A DNA stretch of 64,000 nucleotides, from NCBI GenBank assembly GCA_965603825.1, contig CBFDEM010000053.1, forward strand, positions 310,001 to 374,000, read 5' to 3'. Below, piece after piece: positions 12,881-26,052 of the stretch (the first letter of the stretch is position 1; every line of letters starts with the position of its first letter). The DNA is from Blepharisma stoltei ATCC 30299 (taxonomy: Eukaryota > Protista > Ciliophora). The translations under genes and the position numbers were made by a program. The notes beneath the pieces were generated by a model. The model did no database searches, was not told where the DNA came from, and saw nothing but the letters and a program-made list of their open reading frames with translations.

Positions 12881-13267
12881 ATGGATAGAGACAATATTGA
12901 AAATTTCGAAGTAATTTTAAGAGAAGGGTGAATAGAAAAGCAAAGCCGATTTGTAAAAGAATGAAGGCGCCGCTGGCTTGTTTTGACTCCAAAGTTCCTT
13001 TTTACGTTTAAGCAACAGCATGCTTACAGAGACAAGCCAACCGAAACACTCAGGCTGCAAGCCTGTTTGGCTTGTAAATCAGCTGTAGAAGAAACAAAAA
13101 AAGATTTCTCTTTTAAAGTGGAAACTAAGGAAAGAATATTTTATTTCTCAGCCTTGGATCGAAATGACAAGGATGGGTGGATTGGAGCTATTGCAAGAGC
13201 CATGGTTAGACCTGAAGTTTTGAGAACTTTAAGTGAAGAAAACGCACTTAATGGAGTAAAAGCTTAA
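12881..13267 (+). CDS. Single PH-domain protein
   Basis: REG-W-IEKQSRFVKE-W-RRRWLVL (two TGA=W) and DKDGWIGAI. Confidence 0.9.
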
Positions 13268-13501
13268 TACAAAGTTTGTTAGCTGTTCAAAATACTTTTC
13301 TTATTATTTTTAAAAAAATACAGCTCCTGATATAATTATTAGAGCTTATAAAATTAAATTGAGATAGAGGGAGAATCAGCTGCAATTTAGGGTAAAGTGC
13401 CTGAAAAAAGCAATTTTTATGGTGAAAAACTAAATTAAATTAATTTCTTCCCAGTAGTAAAAAATCATATAAGCATTGATGAATTTCATAATTTGATTGA
13501 A

Positions 13502-14500
13502 ATGGAGGCCAGTGAAGTAGATTACAAGCCTCTTGAAAAAAACCCAAAGCACATCCACTGGCTCCTCTCAGCGATTATTTCAATGATTTGTTTAGGAGTT
13601 GGCCCTTTTTTATGCGGCCTCTCTTCTTACAATCCTTTATCAGTAATCTCAATGATATCAGTCGGCCAAATTATTCTTGCGGTGGCATTTTACCTAATTT
13701 TCCAACACACAATCTCAATTACACAGAAAAAGCTGCAAGAAATTACTGAGGAAGCTTCTTCGTCAAAGAGTTTTGCGCCAGGAGTATACCTTGCAATATG
13801 CTCTGGGATTATCCAGGGCATAGGGCAGTGGGCTCTTATTTGGGGCTTTTATTATGATGAAAATGGTAGAGGCATTTTGTCATCAATTATATCAGCTCAA
13901 GGCGTTTTAAGTTCAATTCTAGGCTACATATATTTTAAAGAGAGACTATTGCATTGCGAGTGGTTTGGAATGCTAATAAGTCTTGGAGGGATGATAGTAA
14001 TCTCTTTGTCAAGCTCCAGAGATAGCACATTTATCGGAGTAATTCTTTCCATCATTGGATTGATAGCATTTTCAGTCAGAAACGTTTTTACTAGGAAATC
14101 ACAGATGAAAGGCCTCAGCATTTATAGTGTTATATTTGTTAACTTGATAGCTTTTGGAGTTAGTGGCCTTTTAGTGATTGCAGTTGCTTTACCATTTGGC
14201 TATGACCCATTTTCTGAAGGCTGGAAAGTACTTGTATCCTTGACAGGAGGAATACTTATAGGCATGGGCGCTTATTTTATATGCCAAGCTTGTATGACTG
14301 GGCCTATAGGCCCTTCAGTTACCATAGCCAATATGTGTGGTATTGTACAGATTTTTCTAGACTTTGTGTTTTTAGATATTGTCCCAGACGAAACAAAACT
14401 TATAGGAGCTTGCATAACAATTGGTGGAGCAGTTCTACTTGCCGTTGGGGATTCAGTCATCGAAAAATTCAAAAACAAAAAGAAAAGTTATGAAGACTAA
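13502..14500 (+). CDS. EamA/DMT-family transporter
   Basis: About 10 TM segments in two repeats; YFKERL motif. Confidence 0.85.
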   Translation: MEASEVDYKPLEKNPKHIHWLLSAIISMICLGVGPFLCGLSSYNPLSVISMISVGQIILAVAFYLIFQHTISITQKKLQEITEEASSSKSFAPGVYLAICSGIIQGIGQWALIWGFYYDENGRGILSSIISAQGVLSSILGYIYFKERLLHCEWFGMLISLGGMIVISLSSSRDSTFIGVILSIIGLIAFSVRNVFTRKSQMKGLSIYSVIFVNLIAFGVSGLLVIAVALPFGYDPFSEGWKVLVSLTGGILIGMGAYFICQACMTGPIGPSVTIANMCGIVQIFLDFVFLDIVPDETKLIGACITIGGAVLLAVGDSVIEKFKNKKKSYED

Positions 14501-14587
14501 ACATAATATTTAATATGGCCTGGTCGGAAAATTCTAGTTTAATAAAAATAGTTTGATATATAGCATATCATTACCTAAGCCAGCTTT

Positions 14588-15103
14588 TTATAATAAATGA
14601 CTGTATTGCTGGAATCTTTCTCTAAAATAACTTAAAAGGTTTTCAAGGAGGATTGATAAAAGATATATGGTCAATAAAGAAGAAAAAATAATAGAAACTG
14701 TTATTAGGGCAATAAATCCTGGAGGGTCCTGAAACGGATAAAAATTAACACATCGGTCTCGGATTTCTCGGCAGCATGCCATAAAAAGGCCATAATATAC
14801 AGTTGCGACTAAGCTCCAGGATAAATATAAAGGGCCTAATATATATAGAAAGCATAAAAACAACGCTTGGATTTCTGGAATTATCAAGATCAGTAGTAGC
14901 AAGCTAAGGGCAAGAAGTCATATAATGTTATGTGAAATCAGTCATGACTCTAAAATGTCAACTTCGAAGCATACTGTAGCATTTTTAAGTTTTTCCATTT
15001 CATATCAGCTAATTGAATAATCATAAACTTGATAGCCATAATACATCATAGCCAATGATAAAATAATTCCTCCACAGATTCTTGCCTGTTTATTAGTTTC
15101 CAT
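14588..15103 (-). CDS. Hypothetical multi-pass membrane protein
   Basis: ATG 15103; open with TGA=W into track ORF 14588..14902; about 4 hydrophobic segments. Confidence 0.7.
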
Positions 15104-15272
15104 ATTTAAAAATAGATATCATCCAATAAAATTAACCGATCATTTCTTAAGTATTTCTTTTAAAATAATTTATATACTATATAAACATAATTTTTATTCC
15201 TTTATAATAATTAATAGCGAAACGGAAATTTTAAAATTTAATTACAAATGGATAAATAAACCTACCCAAAGC

Positions 15273-16184
15273 TTAAAATTTCTTTGATTTAGATATAATG
15301 ACCATCAGTTTTTCAATTTTTCTTTTGCTATACTCGATCTGAGCTACTAAATCATCCCTCTCGTCTAGCATTTTCATCAATATTATTGATTTTTTATCTA
15401 CTTTTTCTTGAGCTTCTTTATATATTTCAAGCAGCTTTTCTTTATTTTTCCCTAATAATTCGAATTTTTCAACATTAAAACTCAAGTTTCCTTTTACGAA
15501 TTCAAGCTTGGAAAAACTCATATCAGAAAATTCAGCAAAATCTGATAATGAAGCTGGCTTTAGCAATTGTTCATGAAATTCGATACTTTTATTGTGCAAA
15601 GGAATCAAATTCATCATTATGTTTTTATCAAATATATCCTCAATTTCTGAAGATCCATCAATTTCTCTCTTATGAATTTTAATCAATGACTTTTCATTGA
15701 AAATTCCTAGAAATTCTTTGTTTGTTTGGTCATGAACAGAAATAGGGATTTTTCCAAAAATATCTTTATCTGGAACTAAAAATTCGCTTGAATAATCCTC
15801 AAATGGATAATTTTTCCTTATTTTTACTTCATTAAATGCCTCTTTTAATCCTCCTTGCAAAGCCGCCACAAAATTATTAAATACTTGGTATAAAGGCGTT
15901 TTTGATTTTCTTTGTAAGCTCAATAGATTTTTCACTTTTATTTTCAGAATTCATGACAAAAGAGATCTTTGAATAATACTCGTGGATTTTTTTTGCTTGA
16001 TTATAGATCTCTAAATAAAAAATACTCGATGGCTTTCGAACTTATCTTCATCAATTACAGGGTTAAAAGTTTTCTCAATTCTGTATGAATGGCTTTTACT
16101 TTTTGTGCTGCTGCCTGAGTTGCTGGAATGAGACGCTGTGGAGTCTTTAGTTTTTTTAGGGCTCTCTAAACACTCATAAATCAT
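15273..16184 (-). CDS. Hypothetical protein with C-terminal coiled coil
   Basis: ATG 16184 in frame with track ORF 15273..15935 through TGA=W. Confidence 0.7.
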
Positions 16185-16548
16185 TATGAAAAATTATTAT
16201 CAGTAATTTAACAGCTGCTATTTAAGGAAGCATTTTTGGAATGAAAAAATATGGACTGGGAATCAATTTTGCGATTTTTTCATTTTTTTAAATATTATAG
16301 TTAGAAAGCTTGCAGATTAGTTATTTCAACTTTTTGCTTATCTTTGCGCCAAATCAAGATTTTTAAAATATTTTAATTTTTATCTATTTAATTGATTATA
16401 CTTTCTTTCACATATTTTACTTATGCTTCAAAAATAAAAAAATTATCCTTATTTCAAGAATGCAATATATTTGTAAACAAACTATATTTATCCTGCAGCA
16501 AAGTAAATATGGATTTTTCATTTACATGAAAATGTTGCCTAAAAAATA

Positions 16549-18624
16549 ATGAGATTTGCTATGGTCCTGATATCAAGATTAAAGCAAGGCTTTATTTTTT
16601 TGCTAATGCTAGCTTTAGTGTGCTATCTAATTCAAATCCAGCCTGCCTTATATGAATACCAAGATTTTTCTCCATCTGAGCCATTAGTCAATATGTTTAA
16701 AACTCAGCCATATCTATCTTTTGAATGATATCCTAACTCAGACTATCAAAAACACAAAAATGTATCTTTTTCAATTGACGCTACAGATAATCTCAATAAA
16801 TATAGAGCTCACGGATTTTGCATTCCTGAAACATGAGGCTACTCAGTAGAAGAAGCAAATACATACTTTCCAAATGTCACCTATCCAAAATGCTCAGTTT
16901 TAAATTCAAATACCAAAGGAGAGGTTTTTCTCGACACAGAAGAAAATTTATTAGAGATTATTTGTCCACAAGGTTTTCAAGGGAGATACATTTTAGGAAA
17001 TGTAACAAATCAAAAATTAGTATACAGGACTGAAGGGAAATGAATCCCAAAAAATTATAAGGGCCCAGTTGAGCTTAATGGGTATGAAGAATACGTAATT
17101 GCTTCTTGTAAAAAAGAAGGGCCAATGGATCTTGCACAAATGAGGCCAAGGTACAATAAAACAGCCCACAAATTAGCACAAAATAAATGAATAGAAGCCA
17201 AAAACTCAGTCAATCAAGCTCATAGTGAGCCTCTTCATATAGTCCATTTAGTATTAGATAGCTTTAGCCGCAGACATTTCTATAGAAAGCTGCCTAAAAC
17301 AGTAGCATTGTTAAAAGAAATTTATCAATCAAATCTGTATCATATTGAAGATTTTTTGGTTTATAACATCAGAGGGCCTGGCTCAGTCCAAAACCAAATA
17401 CAAATTTTAGGAAATCAATGAATAAACCAAAACCAAAAATACGTCCAAAAAGACCTAGTCGGAGAAAATGCCATTTGGAATATCCTATCACAGTTTGGCT
17501 ATGTTTCTCTCCTCGGAATTGAAAGTTGCAATAATGAATTTGCTCTTTCTTTAGGCAGACAGCCAAATGTCACTCATTCTATTAACGAGTTCTACTGTGG
17601 AGCCCAAAACTACTGTCAATATCACACTGAAAAAGAATTTTCTGAACAAAGATGCATAGGAAAGCAAATGTCTCATTACTATACATTTGAGTACGCAAAA
17701 GAGTTTAGAGAGCTTTATAAAGACATAAATCAGTGGATTTATTTACATCTTGATGCAGCCCATGAGTACACAGGTCAGCATGCAGCTACATTAGATGATG
17801 ATTTAGAAGATTTCATCAGAAACGTCACATCTCCTTATACTTTAATCGTGATTGAAGGAGACCATGGTATGCGCTATGGAGAATGATTCACAAAAATCCA
17901 GGGTTTTATGGAATATAGACTCCCTGCATTATTTTTTTTAATTCCTCATGAAATTATGGCAGATTATGATTATTCGTATTCCAAGTTAAGCCTGAATTCG
18001 GAAAGACTTGTGACTAAGCAAGATGTAAGGTCGACTGTTCTTAGTATCGCCCATGGCTGAATGGGCCGATTTTTCAGCGATGACTTTGACGCAGTCTTCT
18101 TATTAAAATGGGAAGTCGACCAATGAAGAACGTGCTGGGATGCGGGGATTTCTAACTGGCTGTGCTCTTGTAATGAATTTTATACATATGATAAGCTTAA
18201 ATTTGATAGTGAATATGAAGAAAACGAGTTTAAAGAGCTTGCAGAATATTTAGCAGAAGAAAGCGTTTTTACAATGAAAGAAAGGCTTTATGCAAGTGTA
18301 AGCAGAAACAGCATTTGTAAAGATTTTTCCTTGGGAGATATAATTTCTGTTCATTATTTGAGAATTTATAAGACGAAATTTATGCTGAAAATCGTTTTTT
18401 CGGTGGAAGAAAAACCGACTGTAAAATTTGAAGTTTTGGTATTTGTGGCTTCTGATTTTTTGTATGGAGTTGATGAGAGCAGCTATCCAATACAAGCTGT
18501 GTATTTGAAATCTAGAAAAGCGATGTTTAGAATACAATATATTAATAGGCTTGATAAATATGAAGGATGTGAAGACCAAGCAATAAAGATCGGAGCGAAT
18601 CCTCAATATTGTTTATGCGAATAA
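16549..18624 (+). CDS. DUF229-family (alkaline phosphatase/sulfatase superfamily) type II membrane protein
   Basis: N-terminal TM; VLDSFSRRHFYRKLPKT, GDHGMRYG, EYRLP, CWDAGISNWLCSC; one frame with many TGA=W. Confidence 0.85.
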
Positions 18625-18932
18625 AATATTTTTGAAAAATCATTATAAAGAAAACACAAATTTTAGTAAAGCACAAGATATCAATATAATAATAAATTCT
18701 AATAACTGAAATTTATGATTGATATATATAGCAAATAAATCTTATTTTTTACGTTATAACACCACAAAAAGTAAAACAAATTATATGCTAATTAATCCTT
18801 CGCAAAAGAAACAGTTGGCCACATCTAATAAATTCAGGACTTTAAATTTTGATTTCCTTATCTAAAATAAAGGTAAATATATTTATAAGAATCTTATAAG
18901 AGGTTATATTTATATAGAACCCATCCAGCTTA

Positions 18933-19484
18933 TTATATTCCTCCAAACATTGCTCTAAGAATGGCTTCAGAAATTCTCTTGTTCACTCTAGTTGCTTCTT
19001 CATGGTTATAAAACCATCCAAGCAATGATTTCCACGAATTCAAAACCCACGCATGAGGGTGATCGCTGGTAATTTCTCCAGTGATATGGCTATAAAGACT
19101 ATTTGAATGGTGCCAGCAATTGTAATTCATGACGTCATAATTCAAATTGCTTTCTCGGATTAATTTTTCAAGGTCTTTTTCAGTTAAATTAGGCTCAACT
19201 TTGGTTCTTTGCCAAGCATGGTACTCATCATCAATGACAGGGCTATATTTTATTTTTCTAATGAGATTTCCTCTGGCTGGATGCCAAATGATATCCCATT
19301 TACTTCTAGCACCAGATTGGGTTGTAGTCACTAAATAGCCATGTTTCACACCAAAAAGTGCTCCAGTTATATCCTTCTTGTACTTCCAGTACTGCTCAAC
19401 TAGGACGATCCCTTCTCCATTGGACTCAGCAAAAGCCAAGATGTGAGCATCTTGTCTTTTAGTGCCTTCAAGGGTTCCTCCCAT
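18933..19484 (-). CDS. Putative permuted papain-fold peptidase (PPPDE/LRAT-like)
   Basis: Early His (DAHILAF) and later YDVMNYNCWHHS nucleophile-like motif; MGG N-terminus. Confidence 0.5.
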   Translation of the reverse strand: MGGTLEGTKRQDAHILAFAESNGEGIVLVEQYWKYKKDITGALFGVKHGYLVTTTQSGARSKWDIIWHPARGNLIRKIKYSPVIDDEYHAWQRTKVEPNLTEKDLEKLIRESNLNYDVMNYNCWHHSNSLYSHITGEITSDHPHAWVLNSWKSLLGWFYNHEEATRVNKRISEAILRAMFGGI

Positions 19485-19634
19485 ATTTTTTCTACAAGCT
19501 TACATCAAATTTTATTCAAGTTTTATTAGTTTATTTTCTTAAACTCCTATAAAGTATTAAGAATTATTGCCGTAAAATATTAATATTTATTCAATCCTTC
19601 TAATCAATCTAATTTTCAATTTGCTTATAAATAA

Positions 19635-20024
19635 ATGTCATTTTTCAATCAAAGACTCACAAATTATATATCTCGAAAAAAATTCCCCACAAGTGTCTAT
19701 GATTTTGAGAATTCTATGAGGCTTAAGCGTGGGCTAAAACCAGAAGCATTCGTCTCCATACCACAATCTGAGAGTTCTCAGTATGAAGCAAAGACCTTAC
19801 AAGAAGTGATTGATGAAGGTAAAGCAAATACGAACTGGAGATATATAAAAGCAAGAAAGTCAGAAGGCCCAAGATATATCACTTACTTTTTAATAGTTTG
19901 TTTTTTCACATTTTATAAGGTTGTCCGTGTAGTAGAGAACCAGAAGTTTTATAAAAACAATGGTATGAAGTCAGACAATGATTCAGAGATTGGGTCGAGA
20001 CGATTCCAAGATAAACTAGAATAA
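19635..20024 (+). CDS. Small single-TM hypothetical protein, possibly mitochondrial
   Basis: 129-aa ORF; basic N-terminus; one hydrophobic helix. Confidence 0.65.
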   Translation: MSFFNQRLTNYISRKKFPTSVYDFENSMRLKRGLKPEAFVSIPQSESSQYEAKTLQEVIDEGKANTNWRYIKARKSEGPRYITYFLIVCFFTFYKVVRVVENQKFYKNNGMKSDNDSEIGSRRFQDKLE

Positions 20025-20206
20025 CTTTATATTGATTTATAATAAGTGTGTCAAGAATTCTAGATAGGCAGAATATATGATGATTAAATCAAAATTGTTA
20101 GATTTTTGAGCCATTTCTCAATTTGTATATAAGAGAGATCGGATTTAATGTGCCATAAGTGTTTTCATTTGATCTTTTAAATGCTTATAATACAAGATTA
20201 ACTACT

Positions 20207-21550
20207 TTATACATCGAAGCTTCTTTGCTCGCTGCTTTCCTTTTCTTCTTCATAATGCGCCAAATGAAATCTTGGTGTGCCCAGCACATTTGACGAATTA
20301 ATCTCTTCATCAAGTCTAAACGATCCTTCATTAACGAACACCATCGTCCGTGGGTATCTTTTTGCTCTATCCGCGCACAATTCATCCCCATTATCCCCAT
20401 CCCTCGTTAAATGTGACATTTCGTCCACTCTGGGGCAAACCCTATTTTTCCTACACTTATTAAAAATGCTGAAGCAGCTTATCGGCTCCTTTACATCGAG
20501 CTGAAAAAGAGTTCTATTCACCTGTATTGCGATATCTTGCCCCACATCTAAATTTAAGACTTCTTTTATTTGTAATAAAGTCCCGAATTTGCTGTTTTGA
20601 TCTTCGATGTAAAACTGATTATTTATAAGCTTGATTTTCGAGTGATGCCGACTGACTGAAATATCAGCAAGTTTTACGTCACATTCATGCCCTCTTCCAA
20701 TATCTGCAGATTCCCCGGATTCTAAAGAAATTATGTGAATCCCATTGCTTTGCCGTAGATCTGGCCGAAAGTCTTCAAGGGCAATAAAAGGTTTTGTTGG
20801 GTGGCTAAAACCAATTAGTTCGTATTTGTGGTTGTCAATTTGAATTGAAAAGGGAAGCTTGCTTTTGCAGAGCTCACATGAGAAGTCTTTTCAATAGTAT
20901 GAAACTGCTTTGGATGATTCTCGGGTTGCAATACGGTTTTTTAGTCATTCTTTTAAGCAGTTTACATGGACAAATTTCATGGTTCCTGCACATTTGCAAG
21001 GGGCAATGAGAGGGTCTTCGTGAGATGTGGTTTCACTTAGACAGATGCGACATGGTAAAGACTCGGTGTTGGCTTCTTCTGGAAGCTCACTTGTTTCTGA
21101 ATCTGGGTCGTAGTCTTTAGGAAGTAGTGACAAATCAGCTTGGTTTATGTTTGCTAATTGAATTTGCTTTATGTGAAATCGAGCTCTACCAAGCTTTATT
21201 CAATCGCCTTGTTTTAAAGCATATCCTTTGACGCCTCCGGCTTTCATGAATTTCACTACTTGCCACATTTTGTCGTTAGAGCTATTAGATATTTGAGAAA
21301 TTTGGAATGAATCTTTATATTTTTTGACGTTAAGCAAAGGCTCTGATCCTTCTTTGAAATCGTCCATGTTTGCCATGTCTCAAGAATAGCAGAAATGTGC
21401 GGTTCTGTAGACTGATGTAGAATTATCCAATTTCATATATGCCTTTTTAACACTTTTTGACTCATAATCAAATAAACCATGTGTTTCTCTCATCCATGAC
21501 GTTGCCCTAACTTCTAAACTAAATAAATATTACAACATAGTTGAACTCAT
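20207..21550 (-). CDS. RING-CH (MARCH-type) zinc finger + FHA domain protein
   Basis: CRICL...PCKCAGTMKFVHVNCLKE-W...CELC; GRGHECDVKLADISVSRHH...SKFGT; 15-nt intron 21519-21533. Confidence 0.92.
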
Positions 21551-21964
21551 ATTTATATAATTGGATTCCATTGCTTATTTTTAAAAATTTTGTGGCATTC
21601 TTTATTTTTTTCATTTTCAAGCAGCATTAATTTATTACTGCTAAGATAATTTTATATAATATTGCTGAATAAACTTATTAAGAGGTGAATTATCAAAATA
21701 ACTGATAAATGATATTGAGTTAACCTTGCCAGCAATATTTTTTAAAAATTTAAGATTTAATTTGAAAAAAACAATATTATGATTATATAATCCAAGATTA
21801 GCATACTTTTTAGTGTAAATCAATTTATGCTAAATATATAAAAAGCTAAGAAAACTCCTTTTTCTGTCACTCAATAAGTAAGAATATTTGAGAAATACAG
21901 CTGCACATAAATTAATACCTTATTTAGATATTAAAAGGTAGAGATAAATCATTATTTATAAATA

Positions 21965-23599
21965 ATGGAAAAGAAAGACGAAAAAGATCCATTGAATTGT
22001 TGGGGTGATAGGTTTTGAAAAAGACATTTATATGGGCTTTGATTTTTTAAATGGTTTGTTGTATATCTGGTTGACATGATAGAAGAGAAAATATGAATTC
22101 CTGAACTTTTTGTTATTCTAGGGTCATTATACATAACAAGTTTAACTGGAGTCATAGCAGGAGCTTATAAGCACATTGGTCTTTGTTACCATTTTAATGA
22201 GGTAGTTTATATTTAGTCAAAAGTTAACGACTTGCCTTACTTACTGAATTCAAATAATCTTTTTCCTGAATATTTTCATTGATTCTTTGTGTTGGCATTT
22301 TTTGGCAATCTCAAAAAATCTCCTTTATCTATGACTATTATTTGCGCTAGCTATTCTTTATATGATGCGATTATATCTGCCGTTGATTCATCTCTATGCC
22401 CAATATATAATGAGAATTCAAGCGGGTGATCAGGATTGATGATGTATTCTTATTTTCGGAGTATTTTAAGCTGGTGGGCTGTGTATTTATGACTTGCAAT
22501 CATATTTTTGCCAAAAAGATATCATAGAAAAGCTCAAATTGAGCCTTTTATTAGTGGCGGAATAGCTTGAATTGTGGCTAAAATATTATGACTTGTGCGG
22601 GCAAGGAAAATGAGTAATACAATAAGCACTCCTTTTGAATATCCTACACGAATTAGAGCAGCAGCGCTGATTACATTTGGTGCTTCTACAGTTATGATGA
22701 TGGGAATTCTTTTATTTTCTTATCAAATTTATTATTTTATTGATACTCTAAAAGATTGAAAAAGCTATTTAGAAGGAAGACCATATGACAGTATTTTTGC
22801 GGCATTTAACTTAGAGCATGAATATACTTGGACAACTGGAGATGGTATTGATATTGTAAATGCTTTCATCAAACTTTGTGAACCCCTTTTTCCTTGTGCA
22901 CTAACCGCTCTAATATTATCTTATTTGTTTGTTCAATACTCAATTGCTGTAATGCTATATAAATATAAAGAGATAATGCTTGCTATTATGGAATTCAGAA
23001 ATGAATCCCCTCTATTAAAAAGGGTTTGAAGCTTTTCATGTCATAGAGCAATTTTCTTTCCTTGTAAGATATATTTAGCGGAATTCATGGTTAACAATGT
23101 ATTCTTGCTGTATACATTTGGGGCATTTATATTTCTCGGGCTTTATGTAGTAAGCATCATTTTCATCTTTAATATCCCAGCGTATTTATTATTAGATCGG
23201 CCAATAAGTTTTTGGCTTAGCTTTGCCCCAACTATTTGGAGGTAATTTTAATACAGTGTTCTTTATTTCAGATTTTTGGTGACTAAGAAAAATTTTATCA
23301 AAAATAAAAGATATATGGCTTTTTGGGATTCATGATACTTTTTAGTAGGATTTTTTGGCGCAATTGTAAAAGGACTCAGTCGCTTCGGAATAGGTATTGG
23401 AGTCTCTCTATTTCTGGGTTTCAGGGCTCATGTAAGTATAGTACCAACACCTTTTGACGTTTTCGACTCTCTTTATTGCAGCTTTTATGCATCAATTGCA
23501 CTGCAATGCTTATCCCTTGGGATAATTCCAGATGATATAGACTCATTAGACTTTTCATTTGGAGATAAGGACATCGGCCCAGCCCGAAGAATTAATTAA
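21965..23599 (+). CDS. Multi-pass membrane protein, STRA6 / RBP-receptor-like (about 534 aa)
   Basis: Absent from the ORF track; open with TGA=W and 15-nt introns 22202-22216 and 23242-23256; FEYPTRI and NKRY...YFLVGFFGAIVKGLSR...FRAHVSIVP...FDSLYCSF resemble STRA6-family blocks. Confidence 0.65.
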
Positions 23600-23708
23600 T
23601 TTTTTCATTTATTTAAAAATTTATTCAAAGCAGTTCACTTATAATTGCAATAAGGCAATAATAACTTTTATTTTTCTTAACTAACGGACTTGTATATGCT
23701 TAGCAAAT

Positions 23709-25007
23709 ATGGAATTCATTAAAGGATCTATTGAGTTCTTCAGTAGCTTTTTTTCGCGCAAAAGGCGTCGCTCGTCGCCAAAAACAGATAACCTTATAAA
23801 CCTCAAACGAAAAAAAATCGATTTCAGTAGGTACCGTGATGAAGAAATTTCTCCTTATTCAGTCTCAAACCATCTAAAATTCACCCCTCATCCACCCAAA
23901 AAGGAAGTTCAAAGCCAAGCAGAATTCAGCGATGCTCAGTCGTTATTCAGAGCATTTGTCAGCCCAAATGATGAAAAATCACCAGAAATTTTGGCTGCCA
24001 AACTGCAGATTATGAGACAAGCTGTTGAATACGGCGAAATCGCGCAAGAAAAACATAAGTGTTTCCCTAACAAGCCAAGCCTAAAAGAAAGAAACGTAGA
24101 TGGAACTGACCACCCCGAGCGCTTTGAGTCCTGTCCGAGCTGAGAAACAAGTGAAGTCGAGCCCAATGGGGATTATTATGAGACATTATCACACAGAAAC
24201 AATGGAAAATCAACCCTGGGGGAAAGGCTTGACAAAGTTATGAAGTCCATGGAAAAAATCGAGCCTTATCCAAGCTGAGAAAACAGCAAAACTGAATCTC
24301 CTGAAGAAAATCCTTTGGAAAGCTTCATCAAAGAAAAAGGATGGGAAATTGAGCCAGATTCATTGAAAGAAGTGGAAAGCATTCTAAATGATGAAAGACA
24401 TGAAGAAGCCTGAGGAAAGGTAAAAGATGCGACACTTCGATATAAAGATATCAAATTACTAAGACCTCGAACTTGGATAAATGATGAAGTCGTCAATGCT
24501 TATCTGAAATTGCTAGAAGTTCCTGAAAATGTCCATATATTTAACAGCTTTTTCTATGAGTATATCTCTGGAATGCATGCAACTAACGATTGGGACGTTA
24601 GGAAGCTCAAGAGGATTTTAAAAAAGCAAGGACTGGATAACCTTTTTACAAAAGATTTCTTGATTTTTCCTATAAACCTAGATAAAAACCATTGGGTTGT
24701 GGCGCAGGTGAATAACAAAGATAAATGCATAGAATATCATGACAGCTTTGGAGATGGGAGCTTTGAAAAAGTCTGTGAAACAATAGACGAGTGCATTGGA
24801 GTCCTCAATCGAGAAGAAGTGAACTGTTACAAATATCAATCAATGATAGTTCCTCAGCAGGATAATTACTATGACTGTGGAGTTTTCATGCTTCAAACGA
24901 TCCGCTGCCTGGTAGAAAAAAGAGAATTCGATTATTCTCAAGACCAAATTGATTTTATTAGAAAAATTATAGTCCTGGAGCTAAAAAATCAAACGCTTTA
25001 TATGTAA
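23709..25007 (+). CDS. Ulp1/SENP SUMO protease (peptidase C48)
   Basis: WINDEVVN, FNSFFY, PINLDKNHW, HDS, QQDNYYDCGVF; three TGA=W in the linker. Confidence 0.93.
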
Positions 25008-25084
25008 GCATAAAAATGATTTGTAATCAACTTTCTATTAATTTAACTAAAAAAAATATTTGGTAAAAATAATAAGAATTTTTT

Positions 25085-25393
25085 ATGAAAATCAAAAAAG
25101 CTATCTTAAACTTGCTGAACAACGAGCAAAAGCTAGAAGAATTTGTAAGAGGAATGTATTCTGCTATAGATACAAATAATGATGGACATATAGATGTTGA
25201 TGAGCTTTATGAAGCACTGAAAAGCTTTTCACAGCTAGGAGATGACTTAGAGCCTTTGACAATAGAAAACATAAAATCGGCTATTTCTGAACTGACTGAA
25301 AACCCTGATGCAAAAGTTGTTTTTGAAGAGTTTAAAAACTTGGTTTTGGCTGCTCTTCAATTTATATTTCAACGTGAGTCGACTCATAATTAA
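25085..25393 (+). CDS. EF-hand protein
   Basis: DTNNDGHIDVDE canonical loop plus a degenerate second hand. Confidence 0.85.
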   Translation: MKIKKAILNLLNNEQKLEEFVRGMYSAIDTNNDGHIDVDELYEALKSFSQLGDDLEPLTIENIKSAISELTENPDAKVVFEEFKNLVLAALQFIFQRESTHN

Positions 25394-25623
25394 TAGCTTA
25401 GATCTGTAATATGACTTTTAAGACTTTAATTTTTTGTTGTTAGCACTTAATATACTTTGATAATCAATCCTATACTTAAAGCTTAAGATTAATCTTTATG
25501 AGTAGGAATAAACGAAAAAAAAATATATTTGAATATTTAATATGCTCTAGATATTAGCAGTAATATTATATTTATCCTAGGAGAATATTAAAGTAACCCC
25601 TAATCTAAAATTATCAGATTAAA

Positions 25624-26040
25624 ATGCCATTTGATTTCGGGAGATGGACAATTGATGACACTGAAGTGTTTTACATCGGCGAATATTCGTTTGCGTTTGT
25701 GAATCTGCGACCTATAAGAAAGCATCATGTGCTGGTATGCCCAATAAGAAAAGTTGAGCGACTTAAAGACTTGGAACTCCATGAGCTCAGTGAGATGATG
25801 AAAATTGCAAGCTTAATTTCTCAAAAAATAGCAAATGGGGCATGCAATATTGCTATCCAGGATGGCATAGATGCTGGACAAACAGTAAATCATGTGCACA
25901 TTCATGTTGTTCCTAGAGAAGGGGAAGGTATTCTTCATATTGATAGACTCTATGGAGATCGAAGCCCTGCACAAATGGCAGCTGAAGCTACAATTCTTAG
26001 AAGTATGATGCAGGATTATCATATTGAAGAATGTGCATAA
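25624..26040 (+). CDS. FHIT: Fhit-type HIT hydrolase (Ap3A hydrolase)
   Basis: FVNLRPI, HVLVCP, IQDGIDAGQTVNHVHIHVVPR, RSPAQMAAEA. Confidence 0.92.
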   Translation: MPFDFGRWTIDDTEVFYIGEYSFAFVNLRPIRKHHVLVCPIRKVERLKDLELHELSEMMKIASLISQKIANGACNIAIQDGIDAGQTVNHVHIHVVPREGEGILHIDRLYGDRSPAQMAAEATILRSMMQDYHIEECA

Positions 26041-26052
26041 TAATTTAATAAG

